From IMG/VR virus record IMGVR_UViG_3300020048_000118: a stretch of 64,000 nt of DNA. One strand, given 5' to 3'. Below are positions 26,501-35,548 of this stretch, piece after piece. The notes below the pieces were generated by a model that saw only the letters and a list, made by a program, of their open reading frames with translations, did no database searches and was not told the DNA's origin. Positions within the stretch are counted from its first letter, which is position 1. Each line of letters opens with the position of its first letter. The translations under genes and the position numbers were made by a program. This DNA is from an uncultured virus (IMG/VR IMGVR_UViG_3300020048_000118) (taxonomy: Duplodnaviria > Heunggongvirae > Uroviricota > Caudoviricetes > Crassvirales).

Positions 26501-29437
26501 AACGTACTTAAAGTTGGCGGTAGATAGGTTGAACTCGTTTAGTCTGTTTGTACCTGTGTCCTGCCTGAATACACCACTATATGTTAATCCGTGTGGAACA
26601 TGTTCCTGCTCATAATTCTCAATCGTAGAAGAAACACGTGGACTGTACTGCATGTACGATCCATTAAAGTCGTCACGAATACGATCGCTCTCAACACCAT
26701 TTCTAAAGCAATATGCATTATATACATTGTCTAAAGTTAAAATTGCCGGGGCTTGAGTGCTTCCAGCTCCACCACGAGTTTGATTCTGAATGTTTCCAGA
26801 GTGAAGACCATTGGTAACATTGAATGTTTCTGTCTCATGGTATATGTCAATGTCAGTGTCGTTAGGCTGAGTCTCGATTATGGTCTTGTTATTTGTTTGC
26901 GTTATAGTGAACTCAACACGAAGTATCGCTCTTGAGCAGTCCTTGCTATCTGCTTGGAACTCTGGAGAAACAGCGTTAGCATGTCCACGAATAAACATCC
27001 TGACTTTTCCAGTTGTAGAAGTTGATGAAGATTGTGTTGCCTGCGTCAATTGTTGAGAGCCTGATCCAACAGTCCTATAACCTTCACAAGTTCTAAAGAA
27101 AATTGTTGTAGAACCTTGGTTTTGATTTCTGGCTGTCATTACGAACTTTTCGTAAATAGAGTCCTCAAAGAACCACTCCTCTATGTTTACATAATCTCTA
27201 GAAGATATGAATGTTTGTTCTGGTTGATTTTCGCCACCACCAACTCTGCTCTCGCTTATTTTAAAAGAAATAACAGCTCCACCGTTAATTGCAGTAGGCT
27301 CGGAAGGTACAATTGCAACACCTCCAAAACCATCGTTTTCTCCACTCCATGATATAGTTCCGCCAAAAATACCAGCGGCTTCATTGAATGAGTTTGATCT
27401 AACGTTAACTCTCCAAGAATCTCCAATAGTATGTCCATTTGAGCTGAAAAAAGATATCTTGCAAATTAAAATTCCAGAAACTATTATATCTTGAGTACCT
27501 GCGGTAATAGGTATATTTTGCTGTGCCCAACCACCTGGGCCAATTCCCATTACAGAATATCTAAATGTATCAATACCAGCCGCTGTTCTGCCATCAATCT
27601 CAACGGTAACCCTACAGTCTTGAGAAGGCGTTATTTGTGGCAATGGCCTAGACAAGTCATTTTTCCCTGTTCCATAAAAAATAGGGTACTCTACAACGCC
27701 AAATCTATTCAATAACGGATCAATCGTCTTGTCTGAAAGAGAACACTTTGTAGATGATTTTCTAGCAGAGTTCGCTCCAACGCTTGTTGTTTTGTTTATT
27801 ATTACGTTAGAAGGAGAGAATGCAGTTATACCATTTGTCTTTACCTTCATGTAAACACCAGTCACTTGAGACTTTGAATTTCCCAAGAAGTCCTTTGGTT
27901 TTACTCCAACCTCTAATACTTTATACTGTTCGTTTGAGTATGTAATTCCTGTTGGATTGACCTTAAATACAATGTAGTCATTGGCGTGAACCTTATCCAC
28001 GTCAGACTCATTAATCATAAAGTATGTGTAAATCCCTTCAGTATAGAAAATGTTAGGAAATATAGTATAGTACTGACCCTTTGATTGCTTTACAAATACT
28101 CTATACTTAGTTGCAAATGCCGGAGCTTCGTTTTTAATCGTAAGCTTCAAGTAGTTACTTGTATCAGAATTTAACGATGAAACATTTGTTGTATTTGTTG
28201 TAGAAGTCAATACGGTACTCATTCTACCATAGTCATCCATGTAGCAGATACCAACTTCATAGTCCCTATCAGAGTGAAGAGTCTTTACAGGGCTATTAAC
28301 AATATAATTAATGCTAAGCTTGCTTTCACTAATAATACTCGCTGAGTAAGTTGGTATAATTTTTCTACCAAAAATATCAACAATGTTATAGAACTGAGTA
28401 TAGTTTCCATAAATAATTCTACTACTAATTAGTTCTTGAGCCTTTGCTTTTAAAGGCACGTTGTCAAATAGTCTTGTGAGTTGGTTCGATGGCAACACAC
28501 CATAAACCTTGTTGTTAGCAAAACCAGCAAAGGTAGCAGTAGTTCCAACTACCGTTACACCCTGTACGTTGAATGGAAGGTCTGCCCTTACTATGTTCTC
28601 AATTACTTTTACATTTGTACTTGCAGAGTCCTTGAACAACAACTGGATCTCCTTAATGTTTGATCCACCAATAGAGAATGAAATGTCTATTACGTTTTTT
28701 TTGTTCTGCATTGACTTGTTTACACCAGTCCCGTAGTCAAATGTAAACGTATCTGGCTTAAATCCAACTTCAGAGAATGGAGAAAAAGAAGAGTACTCGT
28801 TATTAAAATATTTATACCTATAAGCAAAGTATAAGAACTTGTCTTTGATGTTGTTCGAAACACTAGTATCTTCTCTAAAAACTAGTGTAGGAGCACTTAA
28901 TGGTGGCTTTACAATGACATTTATGCTTTCCTCTGTAAAGTTGTTGAAGGCGTAAAAAGCCTTTGTGTCAATTCTCCTAGGTGGGTTTAAGTTATCTGTC
29001 CAGAATAATAGACCACTAATGTAGTTTACACCAGTAATTAAGTAGTCAGCATTAAAGTTTAAAACATTACTAGATCCGGCTCTAGTGTCCATAGCAATAA
29101 CAGACGTAAGTCCTGTCTGTGAATTGTAAGACGCAACGATACTACCAGTAGAAGCTTTTACAAACCAGAAGATCAAGAACTCAGCAGGAACAGCTATAGA
29201 GCCAATTGTCTTAGCCCCAGACAAAGAGAATGCATTGTTCCCAGAAAATGCCCTAGCAGCCTCTAATAGAGTGCTTGCCTTGGTATTGCCTAGCTCGTTA
29301 GCTACAGCTCCAACACCGGCCTCCTCAGAGGTTCCTACCGTTACGTTCAGAGCATCACGATACTGCCCGTTTGGAACTAGACGCTCGTCTAAGTCCTTAT
29401 TCATTATGCCGGATACCAGCGTTCTTGTTATTTGCAT
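23543..29437 (-). CDS. Tail nozzle/stabilisation protein with C-terminal BACON, Ig-like and Cys-rich domains
   Basis: N-terminal MNKDLDERLVPNGQYRDALN, LFWTDNLNPPRRI, YGISLNPESFA; BACON-like segment at about 25825-26080. Confidence 0.75.
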   Translation of the reverse strand: MQITRTLVSGIMNKDLDERLVPNGQYRDALNVTVGTSEEAGVGAVANELGNTKASTLLEAARAFSGNNAFSLSGAKTIGSIAVPAEFLIFWFVKASTGSIVASYNSQTGLTSVIAMDTRAGSSNVLNFNADYLITGVNYISGLLFWTDNLNPPRRIDTKAFYAFNNFTEESINVIVKPPLSAPTLVFREDTSVSNNIKDKFLYFAYRYKYFNNEYSSFSPFSEVGFKPDTFTFDYGTGVNKSMQNKKNVIDISFSIGGSNIKEIQLLFKDSASTNVKVIENIVRADLPFNVQGVTVVGTTATFAGFANNKVYGVLPSNQLTRLFDNVPLKAKAQELISSRIIYGNYTQFYNIVDIFGRKIIPTYSASIISESKLSINYIVNSPVKTLHSDRDYEVGICYMDDYGRMSTVLTSTTNTTNVSSLNSDTSNYLKLTIKNEAPAFATKYRVFVKQSKGQYYTIFPNIFYTEGIYTYFMINESDVDKVHANDYIVFKVNPTGITYSNEQYKVLEVGVKPKDFLGNSKSQVTGVYMKVKTNGITAFSPSNVIINKTTSVGANSARKSSTKCSLSDKTIDPLLNRFGVVEYPIFYGTGKNDLSRPLPQITPSQDCRVTVEIDGRTAAGIDTFRYSVMGIGPGGWAQQNIPITAGTQDIIVSGILICKISFFSSNGHTIGDSWRVNVRSNSFNEAAGIFGGTISWSGENDGFGGVAIVPSEPTAINGGAVISFKISESRVGGGENQPEQTFISSRDYVNIEEWFFEDSIYEKFVMTARNQNQGSTTIFFRTCEGYRTVGSGSQQLTQATQSSSTSTTGKVRMFIRGHANAVSPEFQADSKDCSRAILRVEFTITQTNNKTIIETQPNDTDIDIYHETETFNVTNGLHSGNIQNQTRGGAGSTQAPAILTLDNVYNAYCFRNGVESDRIRDDFNGSYMQYSPRVSSTIENYEQEHVPHGLTYSGVFRQDTGTNRLNEFNLSTANFKYVDRFFGSIQKLYARDTNLIVFQEDKISTVLYGKNLLSDSTGGGAIASIPEVLGTQISFVGEYGISLNPESFATWGNDMFFTDARRGVVLTISGNDLGEISIQGMKDWFRDLFIAGTNKQKIGVLDPYSQMYVLTSNDNTSSPCQLSVSPTSVTVDRTAQTANIFDISSNSGWVITGIPVWMTVSPSSGTGDQDVRADFAANSTGSTRTATLTITASCGNVVTVVVTQTATVVVRRASVVVGSTTDKGTVSSQKYNYSSSGALGYAFTDTSFTNGAVSMFDTLGAPAGTNGVPSPSDTVTLYAYNTTGGIAGDPANPFLPGLGNKAYYLVSNTQYTSQDYVTMLSLATPVTMTLAGSEYSGTFTYLTPSNEQYLYLLWDYRNIIACGATASYSGTALTSNTTVTTGSANGNVTFNYDAQSTPDRFVITLNGAIVADSGYVGLNSSANYNALIAAGVSSSDIKLVSPYDGLVNNSTGTLKFTKTQAGDPTLTVYSPLSSNGWSVVTACASLSTVTIDTTNGTLANVCAQTPATTKYHNGPSATPTVGVVVYNESTGTTVYNGGNAYHKFGTSYAFITSSGIITEIGSCVCSETFSPIVTMSDLEIGIGASVSIKVAATNNPTSYNLVTTCTNFTLYGGTSGAVFYGANCETGYYETFPVSAYGTNTKCFTAGTVTKLSGSADATLEATGSCGETSLPFGIVFDSTSGVLSGVAAGQGQYKATFNATNCFGTGPNTTVNISSVELDLPATAFQINADDQISAAAACALVPEVWVNLYHNGYYTYPILGDTVYIQSRGGNTFDGNNLWYAINNNQAIQISDDGVVTSVFNCGSTPPTPPTPPAGNYYTAVLCNSTYSAVLYDAVSRVVASGTKLKTTDGNCWTVGASILPISTSFNIPTTIVTFASCATCTGTSPALTEVFLTDSGTKSAVCASPNYYSYWTDGTVGTSGILYMNSSGTVVAPSGYYKNQAAPANAHYWSGTAWTLTEAC

Positions 29438-30336
29438 TATTTAATCCAGTTAGATTGATTCCGTAATACCATCAACAATCTACCAGAGTGCAAGTTGCTC
29501 ATTCTAATCTTTGCGTTACGAAGAAGGGCTGACTTCTCTTCTCTCGCTCTACGAACAATGTACTCCTGTACTCCAACACGATTGTTTAAAATACACCATT
29601 TGATATAGCTATACATGAAGTCCTCGGCAAACTTGTTTACCTTAACCAATGAGTCGTCACCGTTCTCAAGACCATCGGAGATGTACTCCATCACCAATAA
29701 CTGGTCAGACATCTGAGAGCTGAAGTTAATCACGCCAGAACCTTGATCGATTCTGAAGTTTGGATTAGAGTTAGCAGTCTCTCCGTTCAGGCCAAAGTAT
29801 CCACCTAGATCGTAGTTGAAGTACCAATAACCATCTACAAGCCATCCATATCTTCCGTTCGCCCAAGCGTCTCCAGTGAACAATGCTCTTGGATATCCTT
29901 GGATTCTCTTCATGTCAAGCTCAGACGTGCCCGTAATAACTTCTCCGTTCTGATCGTATAGGATATTGTCACTAGAGTCCTTTAAGTATGTCTGTGCGTA
30001 GTTTACAGTCTTGCTTTCAAACAATGGGAACAGCACTCCCTCTTTCTCCAAGGAGATACGAACATAGTTTACATAGTCAGGTGGCAATATCAACTTAAGG
30101 TCTGGTCCAATCCTAAACTCAAGAACACGGACATTTCTAGCCGCATCGTAGTTTAGCTCCTGGATTGCACGCTTTGCGTAGAACAGCACATTGTACCTAT
30201 TCACGGTTCCGATCAACTTGTCGTCACCAACATACATAAGCATGAAGTTATTCACTACGTCAGCAAGGCTGACATACTGGTATTCCCCGTTGTTATTGGG
30301 GTCCGAGTAGTATTGTTGGTTGCTTATATATGCCAT
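29437..30336 (-). CDS. Tail ring/adaptor protein
   Basis: LPPDYVNYVRIS and YISDG motifs; synteny. Confidence 0.6.
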   Translation of the reverse strand: MAYISNQQYYSDPNNNGEYQYVSLADVVNNFMLMYVGDDKLIGTVNRYNVLFYAKRAIQELNYDAARNVRVLEFRIGPDLKLILPPDYVNYVRISLEKEGVLFPLFESKTVNYAQTYLKDSSDNILYDQNGEVITGTSELDMKRIQGYPRALFTGDAWANGRYGWLVDGYWYFNYDLGGYFGLNGETANSNPNFRIDQGSGVINFSSQMSDQLLVMEYISDGLENGDDSLVKVNKFAEDFMYSYIKWCILNNRVGVQEYIVRRAREEKSALLRNAKIRMSNLHSGRLLMVLRNQSNWIK

Positions 30337-31028
30337 TATGATTTATTGGTTTGATCTGCATTTTCTCCGGCCATTGCGAACTGAACTACATCAGACTCAC
30401 GAATGTTAACACCAGCGTATGAAAGGATCTTGAAAACTAAGTCGTTTTGTGAGCTTTCCGAAAGCTCAAAGTCTTGATAGTCAGCAGCTGACTGGTTGAA
30501 TATAGGCGATCCCGACACGACAGAGTATGTCCACTTAGGATCAACAGGATAGCGAACGTGCAGAGCGCTGACATTTGTTTGGATTGTGCTCGGATATACA
30601 TAATAAAGATTCTCCTTCTCATAGTACGCAGGGTACGATGTAGTAGGTGTCGTCAAGTTTGACGAGATAAGGTTCATAATCTTGGTGTGAGCCACGTACT
30701 CAATTTCTTTGTTAGCGTAAAGTAGAACGTTAACAAAATAAGAATTAGAAGGTGCAGCAAAAGCGCCGGCACCAGAATTGTACGTAAGAGTCGCTTGCTC
30801 GCTAAATCTATCAATTTTTTCTGCAATTTGTTTTTGAATGTCAGAGTAGCCATCGTTAGCCATCCGGGCGTTTCTTTTGTTAACCCAGTTTGTGTAATTG
30901 TAAAAGTATTGTTCAAATATCTCTAGCTGAGCCTGCTTAGCAAACAAGTTGAACTCATCCGGTGTAATATAACCGTTGTTGTCCTTGTTTATGATAGCCA
31001 TAACAGTATTTCTAACCGTGTTAATCAT
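30336..31028 (-). CDS. Head-tail connector/ring protein
   Basis: NKDNNGYITPDEFNLFAKQAQ; start reassigned to 31028 behind TATCTTTG (31036-31043). Confidence 0.6.
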   Translation of the reverse strand: MINTVRNTVMAIINKDNNGYITPDEFNLFAKQAQLEIFEQYFYNYTNWVNKRNARMANDGYSDIQKQIAEKIDRFSEQATLTYNSGAGAFAAPSNSYFVNVLLYANKEIEYVAHTKIMNLISSNLTTPTTSYPAYYEKENLYYVYPSTIQTNVSALHVRYPVDPKWTYSVVSGSPIFNQSAADYQDFELSESSQNDLVFKILSYAGVNIRESDVVQFAMAGENADQTNKS

Positions 31029-31044
31029 GTTCTCACAAAGATAA

Positions 31045-31078
31045 CAAAAAAAGGCCACCCCTTCCGAGATGGCCTTAG
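31045..31078 (-). terminator. Intrinsic terminator abutting a -7 promoter element
   Basis: AAGGCCATC-TCGGAAG-GGGTGGCCTT stem-loop then T-run. Confidence 0.75.
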
Positions 31079-31097
31079 TTTTAAATAGTCTTAATGT

Positions 31098-31379
31098 TTA
31101 CGCTACAGCAATTCCACTAACTGCGTATGGAAGGCTTGATACACTGTATGCAACATGAGTCCAAGAAGTCTGCAAAGCAGCAACTACGGCATTTTGAATT
31201 GCATCGCGCTGTGTTTCGTCTCCTGAACCAGCAGTAGCATGTGTAAGTGTAACCACTTTTCCACCGCCGTAAGCGATAGTAACGGTTGTTGTAGAGGCTT
31301 GTTCAATCAAAATGATTCCTGTAGCCTGAACTAGCTGATTTTGTTCGCTAGTAACTGGGATGCTTAAAAATTTTTCCAT
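31098..31379 (-). CDS. Small putative virion protein
   Basis: ORF with own promoter and terminator in capsid block. Confidence 0.6.
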   Translation of the reverse strand: MEKFLSIPVTSEQNQLVQATGIILIEQASTTTVTIAYGGGKVVTLTHATAGSGDETQRDAIQNAVVAALQTSWTHVAYSVSSLPYAVSGIAVA

Positions 31380-31398
31380 ACAACAAATATACGTATAA

Positions 31399-32142
31399 TT
31401 ACGATAACTTAGATTTTACCATCTCAAGAACTTCTTTTCCTTCAGCAGACTCTAAGTATGCAGTCAAAACATACACAGCGTCTTCGCCCTGCTGCACGTT
31501 CATTAACTTACGCTTGTTTCCGGTCATGTTAAACCAGATCTCACGGTTATTGTTACGCATACTGAACAAGCCCTCAGAAAGTGCCTTAGAGGCTAAAGCT
31601 GTCTCGGTCAATGATGGGTCATTCAACATCTCTAGCAACTGAATTGGATACTCTCTTGCATACAATAATACATCTCTCTTTAACTCTGGAGTTGTCATTG
31701 TGTCAACAACAGGTCCCCACACCAATCTAGCTACAGCTAACATGGTATCTAAGTCCATATTTCTAGCAGCGATCTGAGCGTCTAGCTCTATATTCATGTC
31801 TTCAATGTTAGTCATAGCTTCTTTTTCTGGATTCAACTCCATAAAGATTTGGCCATTCAATGGATGCATATCCAAGAACTGTGACAAGATAGGATTGTTT
31901 GCTGGAACTACCAAGGCTCCATCTTCAAAGATAACAGGCTCGACAATTGCATTGTCGTCTTGTTCGTCTTCAAATACAGACTTTTGGTTCCTTGCGTAGC
32001 GTAGTGCACGGTTAGTCTTTCCATCGAAGTGGAGCAGTGAAAATCTTTTAGTGTTACGAGATGGCAACACATAAGTTAACGGTGAGGTGCTGGAGGTAAG
32101 GACAAATACCCTGTCCTTGAGCTCATTTGTAGATTTTATCAT
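31399..32142 (-). CDS. Conserved structural-module protein
   Basis: RALRYARNQKSVFEDEQ; follows MCP; start reassigned to 32142. Confidence 0.6.
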   Translation of the reverse strand: MIKSTNELKDRVFVLTSSTSPLTYVLPSRNTKRFSLLHFDGKTNRALRYARNQKSVFEDEQDDNAIVEPVIFEDGALVVPANNPILSQFLDMHPLNGQIFMELNPEKEAMTNIEDMNIELDAQIAARNMDLDTMLAVARLVWGPVVDTMTTPELKRDVLLYAREYPIQLLEMLNDPSLTETALASKALSEGLFSMRNNNREIWFNMTGNKRKLMNVQQGEDAVYVLTAYLESAEGKEVLEMVKSKLS

Positions 32143-32174
32143 AAGTAGATTTAATTGTTGGTACAAATATAAAC

Positions 32175-32205
32175 AAAAAGGGTGAGTACATTGTACCCAC
32201 CCCTT
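32175..32205 (-). terminator. Intrinsic terminator after major capsid gene
   Basis: GGGTGGGTACA/TGTACTCACCC stem followed by TTTTTG. Confidence 0.75.
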
Positions 32206-32227
32206 ATGTGTGATAACCTATTTAAGA

Positions 32228-33628
32228 TTATGCACTTTTAAATAAGAAAAAGTTGTTCGCGCCCAAGGTGCACAATGCACGCTCAGACAAGAAACTAACT
32301 TTCATTGCATCCAAGTCACTAGTAGCAGCGCCACCAGCAGAACCTGTGATCCAAGTCTTGTATCTACGATTCTCAGTTTCGCTAGCACGGTAGCGAACGT
32401 GCAAGAATGGACGCTTAGCGTTCTTACCCATAACTTGATCGTAAACAGTAGTTGAACCAGCAGGTACTAATACACCGTTGATTTCACCACCAGTGATACC
32501 ACCACGAAGAGTAGCATCGTTTAAGTATTTCCAATCAGTTTTGTAGAACTCATATCCACGCTTAAATCCAGAGAAGCCCAAAGTCAAGGCCATTTTCTCG
32601 TCGTTGTTGAACAAACCGTAGCTAGTTCCACCAGCACCGTAGCTGTTTTGAGCAGCCAACATATCATCGATATCAAAGCTGAAGTTACGGTTCAAGAACA
32701 ATACGTTCTCTTGGATAGCACCTTGCTTGTCCAAACGTTGAATGATAGCATCGAAGTCAGCCAAAGTACTTGGATTTCCACCAGCCCAAATGTTTCCACG
32801 CTGTTCAACTGTGTAGAACAAACCTTTAGTTCCTTTGTTACCAACATCACCAGTTACTGCGATAGCACCAGAAGATGCTTCAGCAGGAACACCTTCTACC
32901 ATGGCCATTTCCATGTAGTCTTCGAAACGCAAACGAGTTTCGTGCTCAGACTTGATGTACCACAAGTAACCAGTTGCACCATTTTCAGTAGAAACTTCTA
33001 CCCATCCGATCTGAGCCATGTCAGAACCAGATACTTCGTAGTTGTCCTTGATGATGATAGGAGAGTTGTCGAAGAAACTATCTTCAGCCTCCAAAGAACC
33101 AGTCATACCGTTAGCTCCTTTTTTGAATTCAGAACCATAAACAAAAGCAGTAGAAGTAGTTGATACAGGGATAGTTTGTCCACCACCAGCATAGTAAGCA
33201 ACGGTGAAAGTCAATCCAGATACTGCGGTGATGATAGCTTTGTCGCTTTGGGTACCACCAGAGTTACGAGACAAGAATACAGTTTGACCAACACGGAAGT
33301 TACATGCAGTAATACCTGAGTCAGCAACTGTCCAAGTAGCGGTGTCAGAAGCAGCGGCAGCAGCTGAAGTACAGCTTACATACTTAGTATGCAAACGACC
33401 TTGTTCTGCCCATTTGATAAGGTCAGAGTTAGAAGGCATCTCAGCTCCTACTTGACGTAAGAAAGATGCGATAGAGCGATTACCATAACGCTCGAATTCT
33501 TTTTCGTAGGTATCAGGAAGATACTGGTTTAAGAAATCGAAGTTGGTAATGTAGTTAGAAGGCAATGTTGCCTTAACGGATGAGGGGGTTATAGCAAACC
33601 CGGGACTCACTTGAACTGATCCAGCCAT
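32228..33628 (-). CDS. Major capsid protein
   Basis: 466 aa, strongly biased codons, WAEQGRLH, follows scaffold and portal, ends at a terminator. Confidence 0.8.
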   Translation of the reverse strand: MAGSVQVSPGFAITPSSVKATLPSNYITNFDFLNQYLPDTYEKEFERYGNRSIASFLRQVGAEMPSNSDLIKWAEQGRLHTKYVSCTSAAAAASDTATWTVADSGITACNFRVGQTVFLSRNSGGTQSDKAIITAVSGLTFTVAYYAGGGQTIPVSTTSTAFVYGSEFKKGANGMTGSLEAEDSFFDNSPIIIKDNYEVSGSDMAQIGWVEVSTENGATGYLWYIKSEHETRLRFEDYMEMAMVEGVPAEASSGAIAVTGDVGNKGTKGLFYTVEQRGNIWAGGNPSTLADFDAIIQRLDKQGAIQENVLFLNRNFSFDIDDMLAAQNSYGAGGTSYGLFNNDEKMALTLGFSGFKRGYEFYKTDWKYLNDATLRGGITGGEINGVLVPAGSTTVYDQVMGKNAKRPFLHVRYRASETENRRYKTWITGSAGGAATSDLDAMKVSFLSERALCTLGANNFFLFKSA

Positions 33629-33653
33629 AGTTTTGTTTTTTTAGTTTTTTTGT

Positions 33654-34781
33654 TTAGTTACGTGTTTTTATGCGTAGTCCAGAGCCGTGGTCGGAGTCGA
33701 GTGCAGTTACTTTGAATCCACCTGTCGCTGTAGGCTGCGGTGTCTGTCTGATATCCATCTGGATATTCTTAGACTCCTTGCTTACTTGATCGATGGCAGA
33801 TGCTTTTCCTTGCTCGTAAAAGAACTTGGCAAAGCTGTCTGGGTTCATTGCAACAGCAATTGACTTGTGATATGCTTCAGCGTTTTTAATAAAACCATTC
33901 TCATCTAAGAACGATCCAATAAATTGGCTTACATCAGACTGAGCTTTCTTCATTTGTTCGGGATTGCTAGGTTTGAAAGATACTTCACCCTCACCGACAT
34001 TGAATTCAAAACCTTTGAACTTATCGTTGAAGACTTCTTCTGTCTTCTTTGCAAAGAACTCTGAGCGCTCCATCTGCTGCTTTTGCATTTCCTCGGTCTC
34101 TTTGGAATACTTCTTGAAAGCCTCGTAGTTACCTTTTTCATTTTCCGGAACAAAGCCTTCTCTTGACTCAAGAGGAATCTTGTACTGTTCTTTCTGTTTA
34201 TTAAAGTACTCTTTGGCCTTAGCAAGATCTTTTTTCATTGCGATCTGTTTTGACTTTACCTCCTTGGCATCGTCATACTCGGCATCGTATGCATACCTGG
34301 TCTCTACCTCGAACTTGATGTCTTCATCGTCTAGGTCGGGATTGGTCTGCTTAAGATACTCGACTAACAAATCATTGGCGGGAATTGTATCGTAGTCCTT
34401 GTTGATTTTAACAAAGTCTTCGAAACCACGGCCTGTATCCTTCTTGAACTTCAAGAATGCAGATACGTCCTCTGGTAATTCCTCGGCCTCTTTTCTTGCG
34501 GAAAACAACTCGTCTACTGAGTTGATCTCCTTGTTGTACCGATTTTTAAGATATGTAAGAACGTCTGTGTCTTCTAATTCTCTTGGGGTTGTCCCAGGAG
34601 TCTCTTCAACACTTTCTTTTTCAATCGTGCCATCCGATGCCACCACTGTGGTCTCTACTGGCGTTTCCTCTGAAGAGATGCCATTCTTCTCTTCGTGTTC
34701 CTTTAGTAGTTGTGCCTCGATCTCTTGAACGGATTTCTCCTCATCAAAAGAGACAGCACGAACTTTCATTTCGTTTGTCAT
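33654..34781 (-). CDS. Capsid scaffolding protein
   Basis: Acidic coiled-coil protein between portal and MCP; FFYEQGKA motif. Confidence 0.65.
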   Translation of the reverse strand: MTNEMKVRAVSFDEEKSVQEIEAQLLKEHEEKNGISSEETPVETTVVASDGTIEKESVEETPGTTPRELEDTDVLTYLKNRYNKEINSVDELFSARKEAEELPEDVSAFLKFKKDTGRGFEDFVKINKDYDTIPANDLLVEYLKQTNPDLDDEDIKFEVETRYAYDAEYDDAKEVKSKQIAMKKDLAKAKEYFNKQKEQYKIPLESREGFVPENEKGNYEAFKKYSKETEEMQKQQMERSEFFAKKTEEVFNDKFKGFEFNVGEGEVSFKPSNPEQMKKAQSDVSQFIGSFLDENGFIKNAEAYHKSIAVAMNPDSFAKFFYEQGKASAIDQVSKESKNIQMDIRQTPQPTATGGFKVTALDSDHGSGLRIKTRN

Positions 34782-34828
34782 ATTAGATTTAATTATTTGG
34801 TCACAAATTTACAAATAAATGTGACACA

Positions 34829-34849
34829 CTATTTTGGCTCAAATTCACC
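34829..34849 (-). pseudogene. Orphan remnant of portal 3' end (GEFEPK-stop)
   Basis: GGTGAATTTGAGCCAAAATAG directly after the endonuclease stop; matches portal end ASFEPR-stop. Confidence 0.7.
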
Positions 34850-35548
34850 CTATGCATATACCAAGTGTGTCTTATTTTTTCTATGTCCTATTAGGTAGTT
34901 GTTAAGCGTATTTCTGTTGATTCCATAACATTCAGCAGCCTCTGCAATACAACCATAAAACACACCATTCTGGGTGTTTACAATAAGTTTTGCTTTGCAG
35001 TTGTTTGCCCCAGAGATTGTCTTACTTCTTTTCTCAAGGGCCTCTTTTGATATCTTCCTTCCTTTTAGTGCCTCGGATATTTTTCGAGCCGTCTCAGCAG
35101 AGCGATGTTTATTCTTATTAGATTCAGATATCTTGCGTCTCGTTTCTTTCGATACCGGCCTTCCGATTAGTCCCTTAGATATCTTAGTCCTGCTTTCTTC
35201 AGTATGTCTAAACCCTGTTAAAGAATTTGATATTCTTGATTTCATTTCGTCAGACAAAACCTTATGCAAAGAATCAGTTGACACCAACAAGCAGTTTAAT
35301 CCTTCTTTTCCGAGAACATTATAAAAATCCTGCCAATGCCTCTCTCTTTCGTTAAGTGAATCGGCTGAGCATTCCTCTACTATTTCAAACACGTGATTGT
35401 CAACACCGTATTTAATAAACGAATTGTATATCCTTAACTGTGGCTTACACTTAAGTCTATTATAACATAAAAACCTATAATCAATATCTGTAGACTGTCC
35501 TATATACACACGGCCTACTGGAGATGTTATCTTATAGATACCTATCAT
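34850..35548 (-). mobile_element. Free-standing GIY-YIG homing endonuclease with NUMOD3-type repeats
   Basis: MIGIYKIT...VYIGQS; repeats HTEESRTKIS, SKETRRKIS, SAETARKIS; more AT-rich than flanks. Confidence 0.9.
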